A stretch of 62,691 nucleotides of DNA from Rickettsiales bacterium (GTDB taxonomy: Bacteria; Pseudomonadota; Alphaproteobacteria; Rickettsiales; Rickettsiaceae), in the NCBI GenBank assembly GCA_003963235.1, contig RXKF01000009.1:1-62691 (forward strand), in the 5' to 3' direction. A model generated the notes under the pieces. That model worked only from the letters and a program-made list of their open reading frames with translations. It was not told the origin of the DNA and did not search any database. How positions within the stretch are numbered: position 1 is the first letter of the stretch; every line of letters begins with the position of its first letter. Shown here piece by piece: positions 39,952 to 49,584 of this stretch. A program made the position numbers and the translations under genes.

Positions 39952-40560
39952 TTAAGCTGAGGTAATTGTCTGCCAGGCATTTTTATAGGTTCTAAGGACT
40001 GTGTTGGTAACATCAAAATAAGTGAACCCATTGACTTGGTTGGCAGCTACTTCAACGTTTCCCCTTGGCCCGGACGGATATACAAAAGGTGCTCCGTTAG
40101 TAAGACCGACTCCGGTAGCAGTAGTAGCAACCGTAAATAGAGTCATCCACTGGGTATTAATATATCCTCTGACCTGGTTATTGGTTGTATCATTATATAT
40201 AAACCCGTTTACCTGATTAGCAGCTACCTCAACTGCAGCTCTCGTGCCAGATGGAATGGAAAAAGGAGATGAAGATAAACCAACTCCGGTAGCAGTACTT
40301 ATATTTGTTGTAACACTTTCCCAACCCCCATTTCTAAACATTTGTAATTTATCAACGCTGATATTAAAAATGATAGTTCCTTCCTTTATTCTAACTGTTA
40401 CTCCATTTACTACGTAAGGAGTAACGTTTTGTAATAAATCTCTCTGAGCGGTAGTAACATTGCTAACGGCAAAGGTAGCGTTAGGATTATTAGTTCCAGT
40501 GGTTTGATCACTGGTAATAGTAAGACCGCTTAAAGCGGTAATATTTGATAAGTCTGCCAT
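39952..40560 (-). CDS. fibre-like protein with three intact G..F/YN....L....W repeats
   Basis: repeated EVAANQVNGF and ATGVGL blocks. Confidence 0.6.
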   Translation of the reverse strand: MADLSNITALSGLTITSDQTTGTNNPNATFAVSNVTTAQRDLLQNVTPYVVNGVTVRIKEGTIIFNISVDKLQMFRNGGWESVTTNISTATGVGLSSSPFSIPSGTRAAVEVAANQVNGFIYNDTTNNQVRGYINTQWMTLFTVATTATGVGLTNGAPFVYPSGPRGNVEVAANQVNGFTYFDVTNTVLRTYKNAWQTITSA

Positions 40561-40628
40561 ATGTTTCCTTTTTCTTTTTTATTATAACATATAAGTACTT
40601 ATAACTCTTAAAAATCGTATAAATGTAA

Positions 40629-41717
40629 TTATTTTTGAAAATTACATTTTTGAATAAATTGCTGTATCTTTATGGCATCCTGTCCATATTGGAGGTTTGC
40701 TTCAGATTTTAAATATGCTATAGCTTCCGGTGTTGGATTATCGAGTTTACTTAATTCCTGATCTGCAAGAAAACGTTGGAATCTGTAGTAAGATAGATTA
40801 TTTGTTGCGCCTTTATATAAAGACATCAGGTTAAATTGCATTTCTACTGCATCCGTTGCTCCATTTAACGTTAAATTCAAACTATTAGCAAGTAATCCGA
40901 GTCCATTATTAGGGGCTACTTTTAGGTTACCTGATGTTGTCGTTATTTCGATATCAGGATCAGAATATCCGGTACCGACTGAAAGAATGCAAGTTGCAAC
41001 ATTCTGCGGGAATAATATATTAGAGAATGCATAACCAAGGCTAGTTGGGTTGTTTTGATACAAACCGCCATCAATAAAGAAGGTATCAGAAGGCATGCCT
41101 TGGATAAGAGTTGGGCGAAAAAATACCGGCGCTGCACCTGTTGCAATAGCAACATCAATACAAGTATAATTTTGTCCGGTAGTAAAACCCGGAATTAAAA
41201 CATTAGAAAATTGATAATACTGGCTACTTGTAACATCACCATATGGAAAATTAACATTATCCGTGCTAGGACCGGTTCCACCTTGAAACCCTACAGCAGT
41301 AATCAAAGTATTAGTTTTTAATTGAAACATGCGAGTAGTCCCTAAAATAGGACTTAAAGCATCTCGGAGAGGTTGCTGATTGTAGATATAAGGATCAACT
41401 CCCGGAACTGCCAGCACAGTACCTAAAGTAGCAGACCCTGCCGGACCAAGAGGTTGCAAAGGGTTCACTCCTGCTCTAATAGTAAAAATGCTTGTTGCAT
41501 TAGTCGTTAGTAAATTAATGACGTCGGTAGGAGATAGACCAAGTGAGTAAGCCAAGCCTTGAATACCGCCAATACTTGTTCCACAAATAATATCAAAATA
41601 CTTCCATAATTCATTCCCTTTAATCCCGGCATCATTACAAAAATTCTCTAGAAATGTAGCAGAGAATAATCCTCTAATACCACCTCCATCTAAAGATAAG
41701 ATACGTATTACTTGCAT
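40629..41717 (-). CDS. patatin-like phospholipase
   Basis: DGGGIRG, GTSIG nucleophile elbow, AAP, DGG. Confidence 0.92.
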   Translation of the reverse strand: MQVIRILSLDGGGIRGLFSATFLENFCNDAGIKGNELWKYFDIICGTSIGGIQGLAYSLGLSPTDVINLLTTNATSIFTIRAGVNPLQPLGPAGSATLGTVLAVPGVDPYIYNQQPLRDALSPILGTTRMFQLKTNTLITAVGFQGGTGPSTDNVNFPYGDVTSSQYYQFSNVLIPGFTTGQNYTCIDVAIATGAAPVFFRPTLIQGMPSDTFFIDGGLYQNNPTSLGYAFSNILFPQNVATCILSVGTGYSDPDIEITTTSGNLKVAPNNGLGLLANSLNLTLNGATDAVEMQFNLMSLYKGATNNLSYYRFQRFLADQELSKLDNPTPEAIAYLKSEANLQYGQDAIKIQQFIQKCNFQK

Positions 41718-41729
41718 AATTTCTATTGA

Positions 41730-42152
41730 TCAATTCAATTCTTCTGGTGATGCGCCCGCTACTTGATTCTGATCAAGCGGTATGATTTTTTGGATAGACT
41801 GACAATCAGTTATAAAAATATTTAAAACTGTTGTTAAATCAGCTCCTTTTGGGTTTTCTAGCGGAATTTTACTAATTAGATCATTAGCATCATCAATTGA
41901 CTGATTTAAACCTGATTTTAATGCTACATACCATATTTTTTGAGTATTTGGGTCAGAAGCAGTAAAATAGTTAAAAAGCTGCCCGCCAATCTGATTAATG
42001 AACTGGACATCCGATTGGATACTTGCATATATACTTGGGTCGCTAAAGACCGCTCCTACAAGGCTGTTAAAATAGGATAGATCGACTTGGGTACTGGTAA
42101 TTAACTTTAAGTCATTTAAGTTGGTACTTATATCTTTTAAAGCTGTATTCAT
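41730..42152 (-). CDS. hypothetical protein
   Basis: GGAG RBS; between fibre and patatin genes. Confidence 0.6.
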   Translation of the reverse strand: MNTALKDISTNLNDLKLITSTQVDLSYFNSLVGAVFSDPSIYASIQSDVQFINQIGGQLFNYFTASDPNTQKIWYVALKSGLNQSIDDANDLISKIPLENPKGADLTTVLNIFITDCQSIQKIIPLDQNQVAGASPEELN

Positions 42153-42183
42153 TTTAATTCTCCTAATTATTATTAATAAATTG

Positions 42184-43650
42184 TTATAAACCTTTCAATT
42201 TCTGTTCCAGAATATCTACTTTCCCGGTTAACTCCTGAATGGCTAAAATTGCGTAGCAAAGAATAGTGTTATAATTAACACCTAGCGAAGGTATATGAGC
42301 CGGTTTTTCTTTTTTTGATAAATCCAGTGGTTTATATAGGTTAGTAGCATTATCGAAAATCTCTGCTACTTCTTCAGCTATGACTCCTATTTGCAATTCA
42401 TTCATTTTAAGCTGTTTCCGCATTCTTTTTTTAGTAGAGTCGGTTTTATTAATCGGATATTTTAGGCCGTAAGAATAAATATTAAGCTTATTTAATCTTT
42501 GCAGATAATCTTTGTGTTCTTTCTTGCGTATGCTATGTTTTTTGTCTTTAGAACAAGGGACGATTTGTCCAGAGCTGTTAATATAGGCTACATAACTGCT
42601 CATGCTTGAGTTATCTTCATCAGTAAAAATAAATCCAAGGGTATCCATTGGATTGATAAACTGCATAAAATCGCCGTTCATGACAATAGAAGAGGTCTCA
42701 CCGCCGGCATTGGTTTCTATAATAGTTGAGGTGATTGAGTTATAGACGTTTAGTCCTCTCATATCCAAATAATTACTGGCAGGGCGAATATAGCAATTAT
42801 AAGAAGGGTCATAAAATGAAGTTTTACCACTATTACCGGCAATATCCATCCGTTTGACACCGGCAGTACCGAATTTTAACGTGGCAGTTCCAGCTGCCCA
42901 GGCATATGCTTCATTAGTACTATTATTGAAACCAAACTCTGCATTAATAGTACCGTTGTTCTGCACGATAAGCCCTGCAGCTACAGCTGCCGGATTAGTA
43001 TTATTGACAATAAAACCACCGGCATTAGTAACGTTTGATGCATTAGTAGTAAACTGACGAGGATTTTCCCAAGTACCACTGCCATTTAAAAATAAGGAGC
43101 TATTTGCAGGATATCCGTTTAAACGGTCAATATTTAATTGACCGGTGGTATTCGTATTAATATCAAAGATTTTATTATCTACATAAATCTTGGTTGTTGC
43201 ATCCTGTGAATTAATAGGGTTAGTAATTCCCGAGAGACGATAGGAATTAAAATTGAATACTGTAGAATTGTTGGCTAAAGAAAAAACAGTACCAAATTGA
43301 CTACCGGAGTTATAACCAAAAGTAAAAGTATCTACTCCATTTGTCGGTGCGTAAAACTGAAACTCATAACCGGCTCCATTACCGGTATTAGCCCTATTCA
43401 TTCGGAGTTTCATGGTTTGATTAGCACTATTTGGAATAGTTAAATCATAATTAAAACTAGTATTAGAGCCTGTAAAATTAAATACTTGATTTCCTGTTCT
43501 TCCTATGGTCGATGCAAGAATTGCCGAGAGTGAATTACTTAAAACTCCAGAGCCGGTTATATCACCTGTGATATTAATATTTATATTGTTTACAAAATTT
43601 TCACTTGCAACGTTATACCAGCTACTTCCGTCAAAAAACTCAAGCTTCAT
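42184..43650 (-). CDS. distal tail fibre with C-terminal intramolecular chaperone (peptidase S74-like)
   Basis: DATTKIYVD; CS...K.SI, GVIAEEV, VNYN..L.Y.ILAIQEL coiled coil. Confidence 0.75.
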   Translation of the reverse strand: MKLEFFDGSSWYNVASENFVNNININITGDITGSGVLSNSLSAILASTIGRTGNQVFNFTGSNTSFNYDLTIPNSANQTMKLRMNRANTGNGAGYEFQFYAPTNGVDTFTFGYNSGSQFGTVFSLANNSTVFNFNSYRLSGITNPINSQDATTKIYVDNKIFDINTNTTGQLNIDRLNGYPANSSLFLNGSGTWENPRQFTTNASNVTNAGGFIVNNTNPAAVAAGLIVQNNGTINAEFGFNNSTNEAYAWAAGTATLKFGTAGVKRMDIAGNSGKTSFYDPSYNCYIRPASNYLDMRGLNVYNSITSTIIETNAGGETSSIVMNGDFMQFINPMDTLGFIFTDEDNSSMSSYVAYINSSGQIVPCSKDKKHSIRKKEHKDYLQRLNKLNIYSYGLKYPINKTDSTKKRMRKQLKMNELQIGVIAEEVAEIFDNATNLYKPLDLSKKEKPAHIPSLGVNYNTILCYAILAIQELTGKVDILEQKLKGL

Positions 43651-43675
43651 TATTTAAACCTATTTTATTTCTCTC

Positions 43676-44389
43676 CTAGAGACTGGTGTTAAATCTGAGC
43701 ATTCCGGCAGTTAGAGTAGATGGTCTCTGCACGGTTGTTCCAGTTGGAATGGTAACTGATGCAGTGCCGGGCAATACAGGGTTAGAACTAAGACTTATCG
43801 TTGCAACTCCATTAGTAATAGTAACAATTACTTGATTCGTAGTTCCTAAAATATTTGTAATACCACTTTGAGCTAATTTAGCAAAGGTAATGCTATCTGT
43901 CCCGACAGTTGCAACGGCTCCGGTAAGCATCCATGATGTTACGGCATTTACTGTTCCGCTAATTACATCGATAGTCTTACCTCTGACCATTTGGGACGGG
44001 GAATCAAAGTCGGTAGCTCTTGTTAATACCCAGTTAGTTGTAGTAGAACCAATATTAGTTACCGTATATATTCCGTTTTGTAAGGCTGCTGTCTGATCTT
44101 TAACTAGAACCCTGTTACCTGCAGCTAAAGTAACTCCATCAATAACAAGTGCTGCTTGTGTCCCTGAATTAGTTAAAGTAGCTCCCACCCCACTAGTACC
44201 ATTAGCATAAGTAGCCGTTAAATTGCTAGTCGTTGCTGCCAAAGTTGCAGGCACGCTACCTATGGTGTTTAAAACCCAGTTTTCAGTAGCAAGGGTAAAC
44301 CAGTTTGTGCCGTCAGTAATTTCCGGCTTTCCGGTAGATGTCGGTAACGGTGCTTTTAGATTCTTGTCATTTAATAAGTTATCAGTCAT
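43676..44389 (-). CDS. tail fibre segment
   Basis: IDGVTL..GNRVLVKDQT...QNGIY.V....WVLTRATDFD motif. Confidence 0.75.
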   Translation of the reverse strand: MTDNLLNDKNLKAPLPTSTGKPEITDGTNWFTLATENWVLNTIGSVPATLAATTSNLTATYANGTSGVGATLTNSGTQAALVIDGVTLAAGNRVLVKDQTAALQNGIYTVTNIGSTTTNWVLTRATDFDSPSQMVRGKTIDVISGTVNAVTSWMLTGAVATVGTDSITFAKLAQSGITNILGTTNQVIVTITNGVATISLSSNPVLPGTASVTIPTGTTVQRPSTLTAGMLRFNTSL

Positions 44390-44430
44390 TTTAAATCTCT
44401 TGTAATTAATTAATAAATTTTACCATAAAA

Positions 44431-46239
44431 TCAAAGTGAAGTATTAAACCTGATCATTCCGGGGATTAGGGTAGTTGGTCTTTGCATGCTGTTACCTGCA
44501 GGCATAGTCATTGAGCCATTACCAGTAAATGTCGGATTAGGTTTAAATGTCGTAACAATTGGCGTACTTAATAACCCGCTACCGGTTACATCTCCTTGGA
44601 GAGTTAATCCGGTATTTAAAAGGGTATTTAAATAAGTTTGAGCTTGGGTAGCACTGTTAGATGCATTCGTTGCCGATTCACTTGCGCTGCTTGCAGAATG
44701 ACTGGCATCAGAGGCACTCGAGGAAGCATCAGATGCCGAACTTGATGCACTACCTGCTGAAAGCCCAGCAGCAAGTGCTGAGCCGGCCGCTGCTCCAGCT
44801 GATATTCCTGCAGCTCCTGCAGAAGCACTAGCTTCGCCTGCGGCAGCGGTGGCTTCTGCTGCTGCTCCCGTAGCCTCTGTCGCCGATGCAGTAGCTTCAC
44901 CTGCACTCGTTGCCGCCTCGCCTGCTGCAGCTTCTGCTTCCTCCGCTGAAGCAGCAGCTTGTTCTGCGTACTGCTGGCATTGATCTCTAATTTCTTCTAA
45001 CTGCGCGACAGTTGCGTAATCCTCGCCTGCAATCGCAATTGCAAAGGCTCCGCCGGCAACAATCTTGGCCATGCCTATCCCTAGTTCCTCTAAAACCTGT
45101 GCTTCAGGTAAATTGACATTCGGAGTTTTTATGATGTAAGTAGCATCGGTTGGAGCAAGGTTTAACTGGACTTCGACCGGTCTATTTGCTGAGTCCCCTT
45201 GCCAGACTCTTCCATTAGTTAAGGATGGTAGGTTGGCAATATCTATAGTTTGACGTGCTTCTGGTACATTATTTAAACCTCCCATCAATAACTGATTTTG
45301 AGCAATAGTAGCAGCAACAATCGCTCCTGTTCCTGTGCTGCTCGTCTGCATCCAAGAACCGCTAGGGAGATTTGAGAGAAATTGTGAGCCAGGCATTAAT
45401 GTTTGCAGTACGCTGTTACCTTTTCCAAGAATAAAATTAGCACTAAAGAACCTAAAATTAATTAAGGCAATATCTCCTTCTACAACTAATAAAGCCGTAG
45501 ATTCTTCCGGTCTGTTGCTATCAGTACCGTGCCAGATTTTACCTCCTGAAATAACAATTGGATTAGTTGGATCAAGAGGATTAGGCACGTTAATGCTAGC
45601 AGTGCCTAAATTTGGTAGGTTATCAATGGTAATGGTTTGCTGCGCAGTTGCAATATTTGAGCTATTGCCTATGAATAATTGACCTGAAGGCAAGGTAATA
45701 CTTAAATAATCTTCTCCAGGGACAGCAATTTGTATAACGCCGTCTTTGTTCTTCATTAAACCATTATTTAGCTGATTTAAGGCTTGAGCGTTTGGAAGGT
45801 CAGAAGTTGGTTGTTGCAAGATATATGTAGCATCCTTTGGTGCTGATCCTCCGCCGGTATCTATAAACGATAGAATACCATTGCCGTTTGTTGCTATTAC
45901 CTGCCCGTTAGTTCCATCCTGCAGCGGTAATCTCCAGATTGTATTCCGGGTTAAATTACCGGCAGTAAAGCCAACATAATAATCATTAGAGGGATTACTC
46001 CATTTTAGCCTATTAGTAATAATATCTTCAGTATTAGTGATGCTCGCAGAGTTAATACCGGTTGCATATATTGTATAAAGCTCAGCAGTACCGCCGGTAA
46101 TAACAGGAGACAAAATACTTTCAAAACTAGCCTCTTTTGCATATAAATAGTTAATTGGGGTTAATCCTTCTCCTCTATTAGCTAACGCTATAAAAGCTGC
46201 TTTTTCTCTATCAAATCCCGGATTAAAATGATTAGCCAT
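44431..46239 (-). CDS. proximal tail fibre with Ala/Ser-rich coiled segment
   Basis: LP..DGTNGQV..TNG.G.LSF, duplicated DATYI...LPnAQ.L units, low-complexity A/S/E tract. Confidence 0.7.
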   Translation of the reverse strand: MANHFNPGFDREKAAFIALANRGEGLTPINYLYAKEASFESILSPVITGGTAELYTIYATGINSASITNTEDIITNRLKWSNPSNDYYVGFTAGNLTRNTIWRLPLQDGTNGQVIATNGNGILSFIDTGGGSAPKDATYILQQPTSDLPNAQALNQLNNGLMKNKDGVIQIAVPGEDYLSITLPSGQLFIGNSSNIATAQQTITIDNLPNLGTASINVPNPLDPTNPIVISGGKIWHGTDSNRPEESTALLVVEGDIALINFRFFSANFILGKGNSVLQTLMPGSQFLSNLPSGSWMQTSSTGTGAIVAATIAQNQLLMGGLNNVPEARQTIDIANLPSLTNGRVWQGDSANRPVEVQLNLAPTDATYIIKTPNVNLPEAQVLEELGIGMAKIVAGGAFAIAIAGEDYATVAQLEEIRDQCQQYAEQAAASAEEAEAAAGEAATSAGEATASATEATGAAAEATAAAGEASASAGAAGISAGAAAGSALAAGLSAGSASSSASDASSSASDASHSASSASESATNASNSATQAQTYLNTLLNTGLTLQGDVTGSGLLSTPIVTTFKPNPTFTGNGSMTMPAGNSMQRPTTLIPGMIRFNTSL

Positions 46240-46243
46240 TACT

Positions 46244-46687
46244 TTAGAACTTAATTTGGTGCAACGATTCCAAACGCTCTCGTGCGTCTATATTGCTAAC
46301 ACTCTGACCAGCAAAATCAGGTAAAACCGGGGGTATATCCTCACTTGTAAAGTTGATATCTTCTAAAATAACAGGCGAACTATTACCAATTGCCTCAGGA
46401 CCTTGCGGTGTCTCTATCCCAAATGGTCGAGGATTCTGCAGGGCTTTCGGATCACCTTTTATTTGCGGTGGTCTATTCTGCTCGTTTGGCTCATCAACAA
46501 AAGGACGCCCGACTATTGCTCCCGTCCAGACTAGCTGATTCCCTCGCCATTCATATTGCTTAACTAGATCAGACCTGCTAAAGGGAAACCCTGAATAATC
46601 ACAAGTTCCAATAGGTTCAATGACGTCCTTTCTAACGTAATCTCCCATTTGCGTATTTACAGGGATAACTTTTAAGCTAGTTGCCAT
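46244..46687 (-). CDS. hypothetical virion-module protein
   Basis: CDYSGF, W.G..V, DP..L.NPRP. Confidence 0.6.
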   Translation of the reverse strand: MATSLKVIPVNTQMGDYVRKDVIEPIGTCDYSGFPFSRSDLVKQYEWRGNQLVWTGAIVGRPFVDEPNEQNRPPQIKGDPKALQNPRPFGIETPQGPEAIGNSSPVILEDINFTSEDIPPVLPDFAGQSVSNIDARERLESLHQIKF

Positions 46688-47747
46688 ATACCTCCAGTTT
46701 AAGCGGTACTTCCGTTGTATTATTAATCACTGCCGGATTTAAAGTTTCCTGATATCTCATTTTTAAGCCTTCTTCTTTTTCAGGAGCATATTGTGCTGCT
46801 AGCATGCTAGCGAGTCCATATATTAGAGGAGTATAAAAATATGATGGGATATCTACGCTTTGCGTGTAATTCTCTAGAGTTTCTATACTGCTTTGACCGC
46901 TATACATTACTAAATTATACATTGGAGCAGCAGTCTGCCAAATGTAGAGGGATGGAGTCCGCTGGTAATCAACGTAGTAAATAGTAGGTCTACCGATTTG
47001 CGATTTATTGGGATAGGTTAAATATTCATATCTGGATACCTCGCTCATGGTAGTATCCTGACTTACACTATTAAAATAAAGTTCTTCAATATCGAGTGTG
47101 TATCCTCCTGTTTCTTTAATTCTATATGCCCTTGCATAAATTGGATCAGGTACATAAAACCATGAAATTACATGTGCTTGATATGGATATAATGGAGGAG
47201 GGGTAAAAACAGGAAACCAATTTATCGTATCCTGTGATGCTTCTAAAACTAAGCTATATGGACGATTAGAAACATAACTTTGAATGCCGATAATGCTGAT
47301 TTGCTTTGTTACCCCTAAACCGTAATCATAAGAAATATTGCCGTTTTGAACGTCTTGTGTACATCTTGTCAGTGGATTACCATCAAAAGCATAAGCAGCA
47401 ATTCCTCCACCGTTTCCATCATAAGTATTTGCGGTATTTGATTGCGGTGTTCCATTTAATTGTCTTACGTTACTTCTAAGGAACACTTGAAATATTTTAG
47501 TAATGTTGCTTGGCAGCGGATAGGATGCTTGCCCTGGAGTTAAAAAAACAGGATTTAGTTTTAGAGTCCATAAGTTAACATTAGAGTTAGCCCAATCACT
47601 TAAAATAAAATTAATAATATTAAGTGCTGAATTATATTGCTCGGCAGTTACCATGCTAAGAGGCATGCCGATTAACTCATAAGCCTTTCTGATAATCAGC
47701 TCTCCTTTTATATTACTAAAGCTATAACTTCCACTAGTTGCCGGCAT
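46677..47747 (-). CDS. putative head-tail adaptor with inserted beta-sandwich domain
   Basis: TSG.Y.F, WAN..VNLW, SR.EY...PNK..GRP. Confidence 0.65.
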   Translation of the reverse strand: MPATSGSYSFSNIKGELIIRKAYELIGMPLSMVTAEQYNSALNIINFILSDWANSNVNLWTLKLNPVFLTPGQASYPLPSNITKIFQVFLRSNVRQLNGTPQSNTANTYDGNGGGIAAYAFDGNPLTRCTQDVQNGNISYDYGLGVTKQISIIGIQSYVSNRPYSLVLEASQDTINWFPVFTPPPLYPYQAHVISWFYVPDPIYARAYRIKETGGYTLDIEELYFNSVSQDTTMSEVSRYEYLTYPNKSQIGRPTIYYVDYQRTPSLYIWQTAAPMYNLVMYSGQSSIETLENYTQSVDIPSYFYTPLIYGLASMLAAQYAPEKEEGLKMRYQETLNPAVINNTTEVPLKLEVYGN

Positions 47748-47764
47748 TTTATCTTCCTCTTTAC

Positions 47765-48430
47765 TTACAATTGCAGGAATTGAGCTTTAAGAACCGAGTT
47801 ATTAGCATTTGTGCCAATTTTAATGAGTAAATTGGAAGCTAAAGAATTATACTGTATTAATGCAGACGCAGTAGCAGCAGCGGCTGGAGCTGCAAAATTA
47901 CCGTTAGCTGCAGTAGTTAAATCATCGTATTTCCCTAGGCCTAAATTATTCTTTAGCGATAAAAATACCTGATAAGTAGCAGGGTTAGCTGTTGCTGCTA
48001 CGATATTTAAGGCATAGCTTATAGAAGAAGTATTGGTCTTAGCGGTGTTTAATAGAATCATTGGAAAATAACCAACGGAGGCAACGCCGACTTGAACGGT
48101 AGAAGCTGTAGTATTATTTGGAATTATCTGCACCACACTATCAAAGCAGTTGACACTTGTAACTGTTGTGTTATTTGGTCCAGTTAAGGTTTCACTAATA
48201 AAAAACCCATTCTGATAACCAGTAATAAGAAAATTAATACCAGAAAGATTTGCTACTGAATTAAGAGTAATTCTTGGAACAATACCGAAATCAATAAAAT
48301 TAACTATTCTTGTGGTTTTATTAACATAAGAACCATTTAATAGCAGCGGAGTATTTGCAGTTGTAGTTTGAAAAAGCGATATTCCATTGACAACCGGTGT
48401 AGGCCAATTATATTCGTAAAATTGGGACAT
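47765..48430 (-). CDS. hypothetical virion protein
   Basis: follows the capsid gene; ITGY..G..ISET.TGPN. Confidence 0.55.
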   Translation of the reverse strand: MSQFYEYNWPTPVVNGISLFQTTTANTPLLLNGSYVNKTTRIVNFIDFGIVPRITLNSVANLSGINFLITGYQNGFFISETLTGPNNTTVTSVNCFDSVVQIIPNNTTASTVQVGVASVGYFPMILLNTAKTNTSSISYALNIVAATANPATYQVFLSLKNNLGLGKYDDLTTAANGNFAAPAAAATASALIQYNSLASNLLIKIGTNANNSVLKAQFLQL

Positions 48431-48467
48431 AATTTTCTCCTAATTTTAAGTTCTTTTACAAAACATG

Positions 48468-48500
48468 GAAGCACTTGGCTCATTAAAGCTTAAGTGCTTC
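48468..48500. terminator. hairpin after major capsid gene
   Basis: GAAGCACTT...AAGTGCTTC stem. Confidence 0.55.
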
Positions 48501-48514
48501 TTTTTTTATAAGGT

Positions 48515-49444
48515 TTAAGCAGTTGAACCTTGTGCGCCAATTACCCCAAGAGGAGTAAACATACCAAAAGAATAACGACCTGATGCAAGCACTGACATGG
48601 TTTCAGTTACGGGATCGGTTGTTACGTTAACTTTAAGCGGACGTCTTACGAAATGCTTACGACTTCCCTTAACATTAGTTAATCCAAACCAGTTACTAGG
48701 ATTTGTTAAGAAATGGCTTACTTCATAACCTTGTGGAATAGCCTTCATGTTATAAAGTGCATTTATGTCATTATTAGCCGTTCCTGTTCTAAATACAGAT
48801 TCAAGTAACCGGCAACCTGAGAACATTAAGTCTTGTGGAAGTAGCAATCTCTCAATTTGAGCATTAATTAGCAGTCCTGCCTGATCTTTCACTTTACCAG
48901 CAAGAATTACTGCCTGTTCAACGCCTGCTTCACTAAAGTCGACATTAACATTAACGCCGTTATATGCCCCGACGCGGTTAGAATAAACACCGCCGTCGTA
49001 AGGCTGAGAACCGGAGCAGAGAGGTTGTCCGTTGGCTTGAGTTGCCGCTACGTTAAACGCCTGGTTAAAAGGGTTCATAGCTACTACTTCTCTGGTTTGT
49101 TCATAGGAAGTAGTAAGCGATTTTGTACCATTAAAGAACTGATCGGCATAAAGATCATCTTCCATGGCAATATTAGTAATCTGAAAACCGAGGGCAAATT
49201 CCCGATGGACAAATTCATAAATAAACCGCTCAGCCATGCTATCCATTTTAATAGGAGCACCTTGGGTTTTCTCAAGAGCGTAACCTGTTCCTCTAATATC
49301 AACCATCCTTTCAGTATGTTTGACAGAATTAGCCTGTTCGTAAACTTTGGTATATTCCCCTTTAAACCGATCATACTGAGATTTTACCTCATAAAGACCC
49401 GGCCAAAGCAGACTTGGAATATCACCAGTTGTTATAATAGACAT
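48515..49444 (-). CDS. major capsid protein
   Basis: LLWPGL, ALGF.IT..AMEDDLY, GTANNDINAL, HFLT...WF, RYSFG. Confidence 0.8.
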   Translation of the reverse strand: MSIITTGDIPSLLWPGLYEVKSQYDRFKGEYTKVYEQANSVKHTERMVDIRGTGYALEKTQGAPIKMDSMAERFIYEFVHREFALGFQITNIAMEDDLYADQFFNGTKSLTTSYEQTREVVAMNPFNQAFNVAATQANGQPLCSGSQPYDGGVYSNRVGAYNGVNVNVDFSEAGVEQAVILAGKVKDQAGLLINAQIERLLLPQDLMFSGCRLLESVFRTGTANNDINALYNMKAIPQGYEVSHFLTNPSNWFGLTNVKGSRKHFVRRPLKVNVTTDPVTETMSVLASGRYSFGMFTPLGVIGAQGSTA

Positions 49445-49446
49445 AA

Positions 49447-49572
49447 TTAATTACCTTTGTTTTTAGTTTTCTTTACTGATCCTGCCTTAACAGGTGTTTT
49501 TTTCTTCTCTTTCGGTAGGTATAATCCTTCCTTTAAAAGAGACGGCATATTGCCGCTTGTTATTATGGACAT
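49447..49572 (-). CDS. 41-aa basic peptide whose N-terminus copies the capsid N-terminus, not in ORF track
   Basis: MSIITSGNMPSLLKEGLYLPKEKKKTPVKAGSVKKTKNKGN; fills the gap between two genes. Confidence 0.7.
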   Translation of the reverse strand: MSIITSGNMPSLLKEGLYLPKEKKKTPVKAGSVKKTKNKGN

Positions 49573-49584
49573 AACCTTATACTC

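Noticed and set aside
43651-44433. Stop-codon readthrough joining the fibre genes
   Set aside because: Gaps of 41 and 25 nt are out of frame, and the first has another in-frame stop
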